Program-made: the position numbers and the translations under genes
Shown: positions 22,996 to 31,028 of the stretch, piece after piece
Layout of the letters: each line of letters starts with the position of its first letter
How positions within the stretch are numbered: the stretch's first letter is position 1
DNA from: a virus
Reading direction: 5' to 3' (one strand)
IMG/VR virus record: IMGVR_UViG_3300029922_000039
Length of the DNA stretch: 64,000 nucleotides
Notes under the pieces: generated by a model
Databases searched by the model: none
What the model saw: the letters and a program-made list of their open reading frames with translations, nothing else
Told to the model about the DNA's origin: nothing

Positions 22996-23721
22996 ATGCT
23001 CTGCTCTGTTTGCCGTGAAGATTTACCAGAGCCATGCTTCAAGCCTGAAGATTACCTCCACGCCCGCATCCACTGCCACTTCGTAAGGTGTTTACTCTGC
23101 GGAAAAATGGATCAGGCGGAAAGGACTAACACCAGAGAAGCAGCCCTTGAGAGACTAGGGGCCGTCACGAAACGAATGAAGATCGCGAAAGCTCATTCTG
23201 CCAATCCTAAAAAGATAAAGAAAGGCAAGGTTGTCAGCGTAATACCTGCATCAAGCACCCAAGAGTCCTACTGGAAAAGCTTGTCTCTCAAAGAAAAGCG
23301 CGAAGACCTTATTAATCGTCAAACTCCATCTGAAATGCTGCTTGCGGGAGAGCTTCTGAAGCAGGCTATATCCTTCGATGCGCAAGTGTCGGTGGGGTCC
23401 TATTTTGTAGACTTCCAGATACTTCCTGGGAAGTTGGCGGTCGAAGTCGATGGTGGATACCATTTCACTCCTGAGCAGCAGACCCTTGACGCGATTCGTA
23501 CTGAATCCATCAGGAAGTTGGGGTGGACCGTTATTCGATTCACAAACCAAGATGTGAAAAAGAACCTTGGTCGAGTAGTTTGGGATATACGGGAAGCCGC
23601 AAAGAAGATAAAGATTCCGCGCAAGCATAAATATCTTTCACCCGACAAAATAGTGGTAATTCCGCCAACTTCATTCTGCTTCGGGGCAAATGGTTCTCCC
23701 CTTGAAGGCCCAATGAGCTAA
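22996..23721 (+). CDS. DUF559 (Vsr-like) endonuclease-domain protein with an N-terminal Cys-rich region
   Basis: SYFVDFQILPGKLAVEVDGGYHF...IRTESIRKLGWTVIRFTNQDV pattern. Visibly more AT-rich than its neighbours. Confidence 0.7.
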   Translation: MLCSVCREDLPEPCFKPEDYLHARIHCHFVRCLLCGKMDQAERTNTREAALERLGAVTKRMKIAKAHSANPKKIKKGKVVSVIPASSTQESYWKSLSLKEKREDLINRQTPSEMLLAGELLKQAISFDAQVSVGSYFVDFQILPGKLAVEVDGGYHFTPEQQTLDAIRTESIRKLGWTVIRFTNQDVKKNLGRVVWDIREAAKKIKIPRKHKYLSPDKIVVIPPTSFCFGANGSPLEGPMS

Positions 23722-23946
23722 CTTTGGAATCAGCGCATACCACTCTTCAGGAGTTCGAGTGCGCGCGTCATCCATTATGGCGGATGGGATTTCTGGTCTC
23801 TTCGTGATGGCCCGGCGCCAACCGCTCGGAGGTGGCCATGGAACGCCCAACTTCGCCAGCGATTCGCGGGAGAATCCTCCCTTTCGAGCCATCGCCGCTT
23901 CGACCTCCTCCGGGGCGAACTGCTTCTTGGGCTTCCACTGGTCCAT
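23671..23946 (-). CDS. hypothetical protein with a GGFSRESLAKLGVPWPPPSGW motif
   Basis: ATG at 23946 preceded by AGAGGA. The 3' end overlaps the convergent DUF559 gene by 51 nt. Confidence 0.5.
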   Translation of the reverse strand: MDQWKPKKQFAPEEVEAAMARKGGFSRESLAKLGVPWPPPSGWRRAITKRPEIPSAIMDDARTRTPEEWYALIPKLAHWAFKGRTICPEAE

Positions 23947-24088
23947 CCTCTTTCCTTTCTGTTTTGGCGCATTCGCACTCGCAAGGCCCGTATCCACCGG
24001 TCGCCAACTGCCGCCGCCCACTGCATCGCCCATGCTTGCCGTGATTACATGCGCTGCAAACGGTGTCACTGTGTCTGTTCTTCCGCAT
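23768..24088 (-). CDS. Cys/His-rich small protein; only the first ~45 aa are convincing
   Basis: ATG at 24088 preceded by GAGGG. CSACNHGKHGRC...CECEC. The remainder overlaps the 23671-23946 frame. Confidence 0.35.
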   Translation of the reverse strand: MRKNRHSDTVCSACNHGKHGRCSGRRQLATGGYGPCECECAKTERKEDGPVEAQEAVRPGGGRSGDGSKGRILPRIAGEVGRSMATSERLAPGHHEETRNPIRHNG

Positions 24089-24212
24089 CTGCCCTCGCCT
24101 GGCGACGGTCGTCGAACCAGTCTATCGTCCAGTTTACCGCGCAGAAGACGGACGCGATGAAGGTGAAGATTATGGCTCCGATGGCGTAGCCGATTAGTTT
24201 CTGGTCGGTCAT
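24066..24212 (-). CDS. small membrane protein
   Basis: MTDQKLIGYAIGAIIFTFIASVFCAV... Confidence 0.45.
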   Translation of the reverse strand: MTDQKLIGYAIGAIIFTFIASVFCAVNWTIDWFDDRRQARADAEEQTQ

Positions 24213-24394
24213 ATTCCGTATCTCACTTTCCAAAGTGCTCGCTCCAGGGTGCGCCCCTTCTGCGCAAACTCCCATCCAATCCACCACGCATCAATGAGAG
24301 GATCGCCCTCGTGGCGAAGCAGGTAAATGTACATCTCGACGTCGCAGGAGAACGTCGGCGAACCCAGCATTGGCAAGGTACAGGTGTCGGTCAT
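24209..24394 (-). CDS. hypothetical protein
   Basis: ATG at 24394. ATGA overlaps at both ends. Confidence 0.45.
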   Translation of the reverse strand: MTDTCTLPMLGSPTFSCDVEMYIYLLRHEGDPLIDAWWIGWEFAQKGRTLERALWKVRYGI

Positions 24395-24732
24395 GGCATC
24401 ACCTCGAATATCCAGCAGGCAAGATCCGGGTCGATGCGGCAGTGGTACCAGTGCCGCCCCCATCCTCCGCGGTTCTCCTTAATGCAGAACTCTTTTGGAT
24501 AGAGAAAGAAGTGTCCCTTGTCATGCCGCACGTAGAATCCCCCGTCTTGATCCGTTCCGGCAAAGCACTTATGCGCCTGCCTGAGAATTGAGCGCATGAA
24601 GTCTCCGGGGCGTAATAGGCCGCTTGGGGAGTTCCAGAGAATGTATAGAGTGGCATTGATGACTCCGTTCTCGATGCGCTGCATTTCAAGGACTTCTCGG
24701 GAGATGTAAGAGATGCCGTAGATGTTATTCAT
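24391..24732 (-). CDS. hypothetical protein
   Basis: ATG at 24732 preceded by GGAGGC. The N-terminus MNNIYGI resembles that of the upstream gene. Confidence 0.5.
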   Translation of the reverse strand: MNNIYGISYISREVLEMQRIENGVINATLYILWNSPSGLLRPGDFMRSILRQAHKCFAGTDQDGGFYVRHDKGHFFLYPKEFCIKENRGGWGRHWYHCRIDPDLACWIFEVMP

Positions 24733-24968
24733 GATGCCTCCGGTGGCTCGGGTAGATGCATCCAATAGGTGATCTCGTCTTCGCAGTGCTTATGCTGCCC
24801 GTTAGTCCAATCTTCCCATCCTTCTCCATCGCGCCATATGGCCATGAAAACGCATTGGTTGAAGGGGTTCCAGATGAGCACCGAAATGGAATGGCCCACT
24901 TCCCCGCGTGTATCTGGCATCTTGTCTTTGACGCTGATCCATTTATTCACTCCGTAGATGTTGCTCAT
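24729..24968 (-). CDS. DUF551-like protein
   Basis: WISVKDKMPD...ITYWMHLPEPP pattern. Confidence 0.55.
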   Translation of the reverse strand: MSNIYGVNKWISVKDKMPDTRGEVGHSISVLIWNPFNQCVFMAIWRDGEGWEDWTNGQHKHCEDEITYWMHLPEPPEAS

Positions 24969-25933
24969 GACGCCTCCATCAATACAGATTCCCGGTATAC
25001 CTTCTTCACTAGAGCATCGATGAATTTCGTGTCAGGATCATTGCGTAGCGTGGAAACTTCCGAAGCTCGTTCGACATCCAAAAGAAGCCCCTCGATTTCC
25101 TCGGCGACCTTACCGTAAGGAAGAAGCCCTTTCTTGATTGCGAGAATATGATCCCTGTTCGGAAGCGGAAAGGTGACGTTCGCGGTCATCAGAAGCTCCA
25201 TAGCCTCATTCGCTACTCGGACAGCGTGCGAAAGGGCCTTCCAGTCGATTCCTTCATTGGTCTGTGCAAGCCGCGCCCGGTGGCCGTACTCGTCGTAGAT
25301 GCGAGTATAGATCGACGCAGCCTCTTTGAGCGTGTTCTTGAAACCTACCATTCGGTTACAGCACTCGAAGTAGGTTTCAAACTTTCCAGGCGCTGTCTCC
25401 TTTGTGATGACTCGCGTATGCTCATCGAACAGTCCCGACAGAAGAGGCTCAAGTTCTCCTACCTTGGCGGTTGCTCCGCTTGACCGATGATGATCTAAAA
25501 AGAACTCAGCGGCCCGCTTCGCCGCCGCCACCCGGCTCCCCTTGATGCCGTACTTGTTCGCCTGGGTCCGGCAATATCCAACGAACGCCGCAGATTTCTT
25601 TGTGAGTAGACGGTCCTTGTTGGCGCGAATCTCTTCCCATAGCGGCGTGGAGATTAGAGGACTGGGAGCGAACAGCATGTCAATGCTGACAGTCTGCCCC
25701 TCGGCTAGAAGTCCCAAATATCTCTGAAGGGAATACGCCTCATCGTCTGTATCTTGAGGCGAGTTCTTCATTCCCTCGTACCGCTTGACTTCGTGGCCAG
25801 TAGATCCCTTTACCCTCTGAAGAAGGATGTCAGAACCGCATGGTATGTACACCGATTTGTAATCGTGATCGCTGGTTTCTGTGTTGGTCCCGTACAAATG
25901 TGAGCCAAATTCAATCCTTACCACTGTGTTCAT
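24965..25933 (-). CDS. pol-beta-superfamily nucleotidyltransferase (RlaP-like)
   Basis: FGSHLYGTNTETSDHDYKSVY (GS...D.D NTase motif), 322 aa. Confidence 0.65.
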   Translation of the reverse strand: MNTVVRIEFGSHLYGTNTETSDHDYKSVYIPCGSDILLQRVKGSTGHEVKRYEGMKNSPQDTDDEAYSLQRYLGLLAEGQTVSIDMLFAPSPLISTPLWEEIRANKDRLLTKKSAAFVGYCRTQANKYGIKGSRVAAAKRAAEFFLDHHRSSGATAKVGELEPLLSGLFDEHTRVITKETAPGKFETYFECCNRMVGFKNTLKEAASIYTRIYDEYGHRARLAQTNEGIDWKALSHAVRVANEAMELLMTANVTFPLPNRDHILAIKKGLLPYGKVAEEIEGLLLDVERASEVSTLRNDPDTKFIDALVKKVYRESVLMEAS

Positions 25934-26448
25934 GCCGTCAATCTCCTCTCGTCGCAGTCTCGTTTGAGACTGGATTCTTCCTGATACGCCCCGCAGAAGT
26001 CCCGCATCCGCTGGCTCCAGTAGGCCGGTTCAGTATCCATCAGGGCCTTCCACCCTCCCAGGCTGCGCAACGCGCGCGCCATAGGCTCAGGAATGGCCGG
26101 GACAGGCACCTCTAGCACTTCATCTCCGCGCCGGTACACATAGGGCTCAAGCCGAATGCCGCCCTCTGGCGCTTCCCTGACGTGCCGCTGGACGATCTCG
26201 GTCACGGTTGCCCACGCCTTCATCGCCGGAGACGGATCAGGGACGTGCTGAAGGCCGGCGCAATCTCTGATCCTGCTGACGGTACAATCGTAACGTCCCT
26301 TGCTGATACTGATTGCCTTCTTCACTGCCGCCAAGAAGGCTTCCGGGCCGACAGCATCCACGACCTCGGCTAGCAACTCGACTCGCAACTTCGCCGCGGC
26401 ATCGGACTCCTGCTGGTTGACCGGAAACATCTCTTTCACCATGACCAT
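25930..26448 (-). CDS. hypothetical protein (start uncertain)
   Basis: First ATG after the upstream stop. ATG at 26508 is an alternative. Confidence 0.45.
   Translation of the reverse strand: MVMVKEMFPVNQQESDAAAKLRVELLAEVVDAVGPEAFLAAVKKAISISKGRYDCTVSRIRDCAGLQHVPDPSPAMKAWATVTEIVQRHVREAPEGGIRLEPYVYRRGDEVLEVPVPAIPEPMARALRSLGGWKALMDTEPAYWSQRMRDFCGAYQEESSLKRDCDERRLTA
25955..25973 (+). repeat. copy 2 of the hairpin motif (CAGTCTC GTTT GAGACTGG)
   Basis: Lies inside a minus-strand coding region. Confidence 0.55.
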
Positions 26449-26467
26449 GCCGACTGCCGCCGTTCGC

Positions 26468-27142
26468 TTATTGGACGAGTCGCTGGGCCTGGGCGCGCTC
26501 TTGGTCATATCCGTTGACGAGTTTGCGCCGCCAGATTGCGGGGTCTTGCTCAAACCTGTGCTCATCGAAGAATCTCCTCGGACTCGGAACGTACTGCATA
26601 TCGGATACCGGCCAGTCACTGACGGCCATAGCGTACAACTGCGTGCGCGCCTTGAGTCGCCGCTCGTGGTTCTCGCGCCGCAGGCCGGGTTGGGACCGCT
26701 CCATATACTCCAGCGCCTTGTCGATCGCGCAGAGGTGCAGCGCGAAGGATGCCGGGTCGGATCCGATCGCGTCTGCCGGCGGCTGGTTGGGGTACTCGGC
26801 CAGGATCTCGATGCAGGCGCTCATCTGCGCCGGCAGTTCGCAGTCCTTGAGTTCGGGGCGCAGGTACCTCGATTGGTTCAGCCATGTAGTCATGTGCGGG
26901 ATGCGTGCGCTGAGTCGGCCGTACATCTGGCGCCGGGCCTCTTCGGTCTTGATCCGCAGAAAGTCGATGGCTTCTGCCTGGGTGCGCGGCTGGCCGTCGA
27001 TCTCGCCGCCGCAGATGCGCCACAGTGCCTTGTTGATGCTCTTTAGAGCGGCTGGGCGGCCGGTCTTGCGCGGGTAGGCGTTGTAGATGGACAGCAGAAC
27101 GGATTCGGGGAACTCGGCGGGCGCGTCGAAGAGGTCGGTCAT
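26468..27142 (-). CDS. hypothetical protein, possibly replication-associated
   Basis: YNAYPRKTGRPAALKSINKA...TTWLNQSRY motif, as I recall it from phage replication-module proteins. Assignment is weak. Confidence 0.45.
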   Translation of the reverse strand: MTDLFDAPAEFPESVLLSIYNAYPRKTGRPAALKSINKALWRICGGEIDGQPRTQAEAIDFLRIKTEEARRQMYGRLSARIPHMTTWLNQSRYLRPELKDCELPAQMSACIEILAEYPNQPPADAIGSDPASFALHLCAIDKALEYMERSQPGLRRENHERRLKARTQLYAMAVSDWPVSDMQYVPSPRRFFDEHRFEQDPAIWRRKLVNGYDQERAQAQRLVQ

Positions 27143-27351
27143 TGGATACTCTCCTTCGTAATTACTGCTCCCGGCATACGCTGCCGAAGCACCATCACCG
27201 CCAACTGTGCAGCATGATCCCTGTCGGCAATGGCCTCCGCTTCGGTGTCCCTTGCAGGGCCTTCCATGTGGTTGTTGGTCTCCGCATCATCCCAAAGGGC
27301 AAACCATTTTCCGTCGCGCTGGCCTACATTGAAATTTAGGGAGTGGATCAT
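27139..27351 (-). CDS. hypothetical protein
   Basis: ATGA-coupled 70-aa ORF. Confidence 0.45.
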   Translation of the reverse strand: MIHSLNFNVGQRDGKWFALWDDAETNNHMEGPARDTEAEAIADRDHAAQLAVMVLRQRMPGAVITKESIQ

Positions 27352-27725
27352 TTGGCATCCTGACTGCTATCGCAAATTCTGGCGATAGCCTGCTTCATCT
27401 CGAACTCGGAGATATTGCCGCCATCTTTCCTGCCAAGGAAATCGGCTTCCTGTAGGAGCTTGGTGCGGAGGTCGGTGAACGGGACGAACTTCTCCGTCTC
27501 GTATCTCTCGCGGGCGCAGCACTCGATGAAGAAAACCGAATCGTCCCATTCAGGTTCCTGCGGCTTCCTCCAGATCGGCTTTGAGCCAGTCCCCGCCGCC
27601 CAATGAATAAGCTCAGGCGTCTGAGAGCGCCGCGCGGCGTTGTTGACGATGCGGTGAATGTCCTGCATCTCGCGGTCTGTTAGTTCAACCGGGACAGCAA
27701 ATTGCACTTCGATGCGGCTTATCAT
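27348..27725 (-). CDS. hypothetical protein
   Basis: ATGA-coupled 125-aa ORF. Confidence 0.5.
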   Translation of the reverse strand: MISRIEVQFAVPVELTDREMQDIHRIVNNAARRSQTPELIHWAAGTGSKPIWRKPQEPEWDDSVFFIECCARERYETEKFVPFTDLRTKLLQEADFLGRKDGGNISEFEMKQAIARICDSSQDAK

Positions 27726-27928
27726 TCGGCAATCTCCCAGTCTTCGGCTAGAATATCGTCAGTAAACATTGTGCCTATCAAGTTCTCACGGGTATCTTCA
27801 TCGAGACAAACGATTTGAAACATGTTCAAGCCTTCTTCTATTTCATTACCCTGATAAAGATACCCGTCGTGGCGAGTTACGGTTCTTCCCTGCTCGATCC
27901 ACTTTGCGGCCTGCTTAATGTCTGCCAT
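27722..27928 (-). CDS. hypothetical protein
   Basis: 68-aa ORF in the coupled array. Confidence 0.45.
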   Translation of the reverse strand: MADIKQAAKWIEQGRTVTRHDGYLYQGNEIEEGLNMFQIVCLDEDTRENLIGTMFTDDILAEDWEIAE

Positions 27929-28087
27929 CTACTTTGCCTCCTTCTTCGGGTCTGGCTTGATCCGCTCTCCGCACTTGCTGCAATAGGTTTCGCGTTCCTC
28001 GAAGTCGAACAGGATGCGTTCGCCCTCATAAATATTGCATGTGCAACTGACACATTCGCCGTTGAACTTCGCCGTCATCCAGTTCAT
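27929..28087 (-). CDS. small zinc-ribbon protein (52 aa)
   Basis: MNWMTAKFNGECVSCTCN...YCSKCGERI. ATGA overlap with the upstream stop. Below the track cut-off. Confidence 0.4.
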   Translation of the reverse strand: MNWMTAKFNGECVSCTCNIYEGERILFDFEERETYCSKCGERIKPDPKKEAK

Positions 28088-28695
28088 TTGGATTCTCCTC
28101 TGCACAGACTCGGCTCATCCTCGTCGCTGATCGGAGTCGGATGATTGCCGATGTTGACTATCTTGAGGATGTCGCCCTTGCTGCTGACCATCCAGAGTTC
28201 GTTCTTCGGAATGTAGGGGTTGACGCGGACCTCTTGGCCGCCGAACTTTGCCGATGCGTAGGCCGCCTGCAAGCTCTTCAGCGTGATATCGCCGCCGTTA
28301 TTTGGGTAGCTACCGTCGCAGGTTGCGTCAAAGGGGTTGGATTGCGGAGCGTTCATCGCCCAAATTGGCTGCGCTCCAGTCATGCGGTCGATTGAATCGT
28401 TGATCCAATCCATCATGTTGAAGGCGGAGGCGGGGATATTCACCACCGGCGGCTTACCGTGGAAGTAGGGGCTGACGTACTCCGCCTCCTCCTTGCTGGC
28501 CATCTGGTAGCCACGGCATCCGCAATCTTCAGCGCATATGTCGCTATTGTGCATGTGACGGTCGTATCCGTGGCCGCAAATGCACTTAGCGGAAGGTGAC
28601 CGCACTGTTGTTCCGGCGCTCTGCTCGTGTGGGCAGTGCGTGCTTCGGATGGACTCCTCATAGGCTACGTGGCACACTCCGCACTCGACGATCAT
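28084..28695 (-). CDS. Cys/His-rich hypothetical protein
   Basis: 203-aa ORF. The start lies in a GGAGGCGGAATGA junction. Confidence 0.5.
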   Translation of the reverse strand: MIVECGVCHVAYEESIRSTHCPHEQSAGTTVRSPSAKCICGHGYDRHMHNSDICAEDCGCRGYQMASKEEAEYVSPYFHGKPPVVNIPASAFNMMDWINDSIDRMTGAQPIWAMNAPQSNPFDATCDGSYPNNGGDITLKSLQAAYASAKFGGQEVRVNPYIPKNELWMVSSKGDILKIVNIGNHPTPISDEDEPSLCRGESK

Positions 28696-28901
28696 TCCGC
28701 CTCCCAGTCTGTTGGCTTAACGGAGCACTGCTTCGATAGAACCGGCGCTTCCGTTTCCACTTCGTAGGACTCAGTAGCGCAATCGGAATCGCCGCCGCCC
28801 ATGCAGAACGCCTGCGCCACCTCGTCTTTCTCGGTCGCGCCGAGGATGAAAAATCCGTTGCCGTCATAGTACCGCTTGATCAGAATGTGGACTATGCTCA
28901 T
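28692..28901 (-). CDS. hypothetical protein
   Basis: ATG at 28901 in a GAGGAGGCGGAATGA junction. Confidence 0.45.
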   Translation of the reverse strand: MSIVHILIKRYYDGNGFFILGATEKDEVAQAFCMGGGDSDCATESYEVETEAPVLSKQCSVKPTDWEAE

Positions 28902-29194
28902 TCCGCCTCCTCCTGATTTTCGTCCCACTCGTCTTCGTCCCAGGCGGGGATGAACGCCTTCTCGCGGCGCTCCTCGATGGGTTCATCGTGCCCTTTGCCG
29001 CTGGGCCTGTAGCCAACGGTTACCGTCATGTAGATCACCCAGCCGTTGCGCTCTCCGCTGAACTCAATCTCGATGTCGTTGGCCGCGCGGACGTGCATGA
29101 GGGCGATGGTCAGGCAATCCAGCGGCTCCTCTTTGTAGATGTTCGGATACATCCAGTCTACGGTGGCGCTTTTCTTCACTTCGATGGATTTCAT
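28898..29194 (-). CDS. hypothetical acidic protein
   Basis: ATG in a GGAGGCGGAATGA junction. Confidence 0.5.
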   Translation of the reverse strand: MKSIEVKKSATVDWMYPNIYKEEPLDCLTIALMHVRAANDIEIEFSGERNGWVIYMTVTVGYRPSGKGHDEPIEERREKAFIPAWDEDEWDENQEEAE

Positions 29195-29472
29195 TCCGCC
29201 TCCGGAATGCCGAGCTTGGCGACATTATTTGCGGTCATGCTAGATTCCGCATACATCATTCCTGATAGCGCCGCCATCGCGAACTGGTCGCGGAGGGTCG
29301 CTTGCGGATCCATGACGGTTAACTTACCGCCGGCAGGGAATACCATGTCTTCCATGTGGTAGAACTTCGCGTTGCAAGTTCCACACGCCCACTCGCCGCT
29401 CCAGCTTACGCCATCGACTTCGTATTTCCGATAAACCTTCGGATGAACACAGACATCTTGTTTTTCGCTCAT
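29191..29472 (-). CDS. hypothetical protein
   Basis: ATG at 29472 in a GGAGGCATAATG junction. Confidence 0.5.
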   Translation of the reverse strand: MSEKQDVCVHPKVYRKYEVDGVSWSGEWACGTCNAKFYHMEDMVFPAGGKLTVMDPQATLRDQFAMAALSGMMYAESSMTANNVAKLGIPEAE

Positions 29473-29762
29473 TATGCCTCCATGTACTTGTGCATCATTG
29501 CGCTGTGAAATTCTCCGTTTTCCTCGACAGTATCCGGCACGAGGAAGACTTCCTGACACTCATTGCACTTGTATCCAACGAAGTATCCCACGCCATTCTT
29601 TTCAAGGTAGAAGTATCCGTGGATGCGGTGCTGACTGGTGTACCAGACACGAGTCGTGACGACCGGGTAAACTATCTCCACGGAGAGGGGATCGAAGTTG
29701 AACGCCCCATCCGTCATTTTCGTCAAGCGCAGCATGTTGATTGCCTGCGGGAAGTTGTGCAT
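29472..29762 (-). CDS. hypothetical protein
   Basis: ATG at 29762, 18 nt after the integrase stop. The rest of the 258-aa track ORF is antisense-frame junk. Confidence 0.45.
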   Translation of the reverse strand: MHNFPQAINMLRLTKMTDGAFNFDPLSVEIVYPVVTTRVWYTSQHRIHGYFYLEKNGVGYFVGYKCNECQEVFLVPDTVEENGEFHSAMMHKYMEA

Positions 29763-29779
29763 CGCTGGTTTCGGTTCGC

Positions 29780-30934
29780 TCAAGATACCTTTCTCCACGG
29801 AAGCACGCGCACGATCTGCTCGTTTGCGGGCCTCGTCTGTTCCAGGTTGTCGTTGCCGCCGTAAGTGTCGATGGTCGTCGCGATGCGGGAGTGGCGCATT
29901 AAATTGCGCTGAGTCTCCATCGGTAGGCCTATTTGCTTCTGAATAGCGCGGTTCAGATGCCTCAAGGAATGCCATCCAAGCCCCGAAGCGCCAATCCTCG
30001 CCCCGGCTGGCTTCAGGTACTCTTCCCTCAACGGATCTCTGTCGTAGGGCCTCCCCGTCCGCTCCGAGCCGAAGATCCAGTCGCCGATAACCGGCCGGTA
30101 AGCGCGCCACTCGCGCAGGAGGTCCACCAGATTCTGATGCAGAGGTAACACCTGCCGGGAGCCCTCCGTCTTCACGTTGTTTGTCTCCCCGCCGATCACG
30201 CCGCGCTCGATGGAGATAGTGTTGGCCTCGAAGTCGAGATCCTTCCACTGGAGCCCCAGCGTCTCCGAGATGCGCAGTCCGAGCGCAGCGGTCACCTGAA
30301 TGATGACCTTGACCAGTTCCGGAAGTTCTGGATCGTCGAGCAATGCTTGGTACCGCGGGATGGTCAGGATGACAATCTCCTTGGCGCGTGCGCTCGATCC
30401 CTTGAGCTTCACCACCTCCACCGGGTTGCGCTGCATCTGGATCACCTTCCAGAGCATTGCCTTCTCTATCAGGAGGTGGAGCAGGGCCTTCACCTGGGCC
30501 TTGTAGAGTCCAGACAGAGGCTTCGCGGGCGCACGCTTCGGGCGCTGTCTGACCGTGGTCAGGCCCTCCAGCCAGTTCTGGACCTGAACCATATCCAGCG
30601 TGAACTTGTCGATGCGCGTACTACCCCAGGCTTCTCGGATGCGCGACAGGATGGACTTGTAGGAGTTGGCGGTGGACTTCCGATCAGGCATCGCTTCGCG
30701 CAGGAAGCGGTCCACCAGGTCGGCCATCGTCACGCACTCGGAGGTCGGCCCGTTGATGATCGACATCATGCGCTCGGCGGCCCGTATCGCGTCGGCTTTG
30801 TCGGGGTACTGGCGCTGCGTCCCGATGAAGTCGGAGAACTGCTTCCCGTCGCGCCGGTAGCGCAACCTCCATACCGGACCCGACTTGAGGGATATGAGGG
30901 TTACTGAGCCGTGCTGATAGCTGTTTTTGGGCAT
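29780..30934 (-). CDS. int: tyrosine recombinase / phage integrase
   Basis: 384 aa. LGLRISETLGLQWKDLD (Arg box), GWHSLRH, and MRHSRIATTIDTYGG with the catalytic Tyr context. Confidence 0.85.
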   Translation of the reverse strand: MPKNSYQHGSVTLISLKSGPVWRLRYRRDGKQFSDFIGTQRQYPDKADAIRAAERMMSIINGPTSECVTMADLVDRFLREAMPDRKSTANSYKSILSRIREAWGSTRIDKFTLDMVQVQNWLEGLTTVRQRPKRAPAKPLSGLYKAQVKALLHLLIEKAMLWKVIQMQRNPVEVVKLKGSSARAKEIVILTIPRYQALLDDPELPELVKVIIQVTAALGLRISETLGLQWKDLDFEANTISIERGVIGGETNNVKTEGSRQVLPLHQNLVDLLREWRAYRPVIGDWIFGSERTGRPYDRDPLREEYLKPAGARIGASGLGWHSLRHLNRAIQKQIGLPMETQRNLMRHSRIATTIDTYGGNDNLEQTRPANEQIVRVLPWRKVS

Positions 30935-30958
30935 CGCTTACCTTTCCTTTCACGAATC

Positions 30959-30988
30959 ACAATACACGGAGGATGAGACATTTTGCAA
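30959..30988 (-). promoter_or_regulatory. candidate integrase promoter (TTGCAA, 18-nt spacer, TATTGT) overlapped by AACGCTTGCA
   Basis: Read on the minus strand. Same hexamers and spacing as the minus promoter at 43272-43301. Confidence 0.45.
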
Positions 30989-30999
30989 GCGTTAAAGCA

Positions 31000-31028
31000 G
31001 GTGACGTAGCGTATATCGCTACGTTACC
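31000..31028 (-). terminator. hairpin GGTAACGTAGCG-ATATA-CGCTACGTCACC after ASCH-B
   Basis: 11 of 12 bp inverted repeat starting in the stop codon. Confidence 0.55.

Noticed and set aside
26300-27077. Plus ORFs of 248 and 187 aa opposite 25930-27142.
   Set aside because: They are antisense to coupled minus-strand genes and have low-complexity Arg/Ala/Leu composition.
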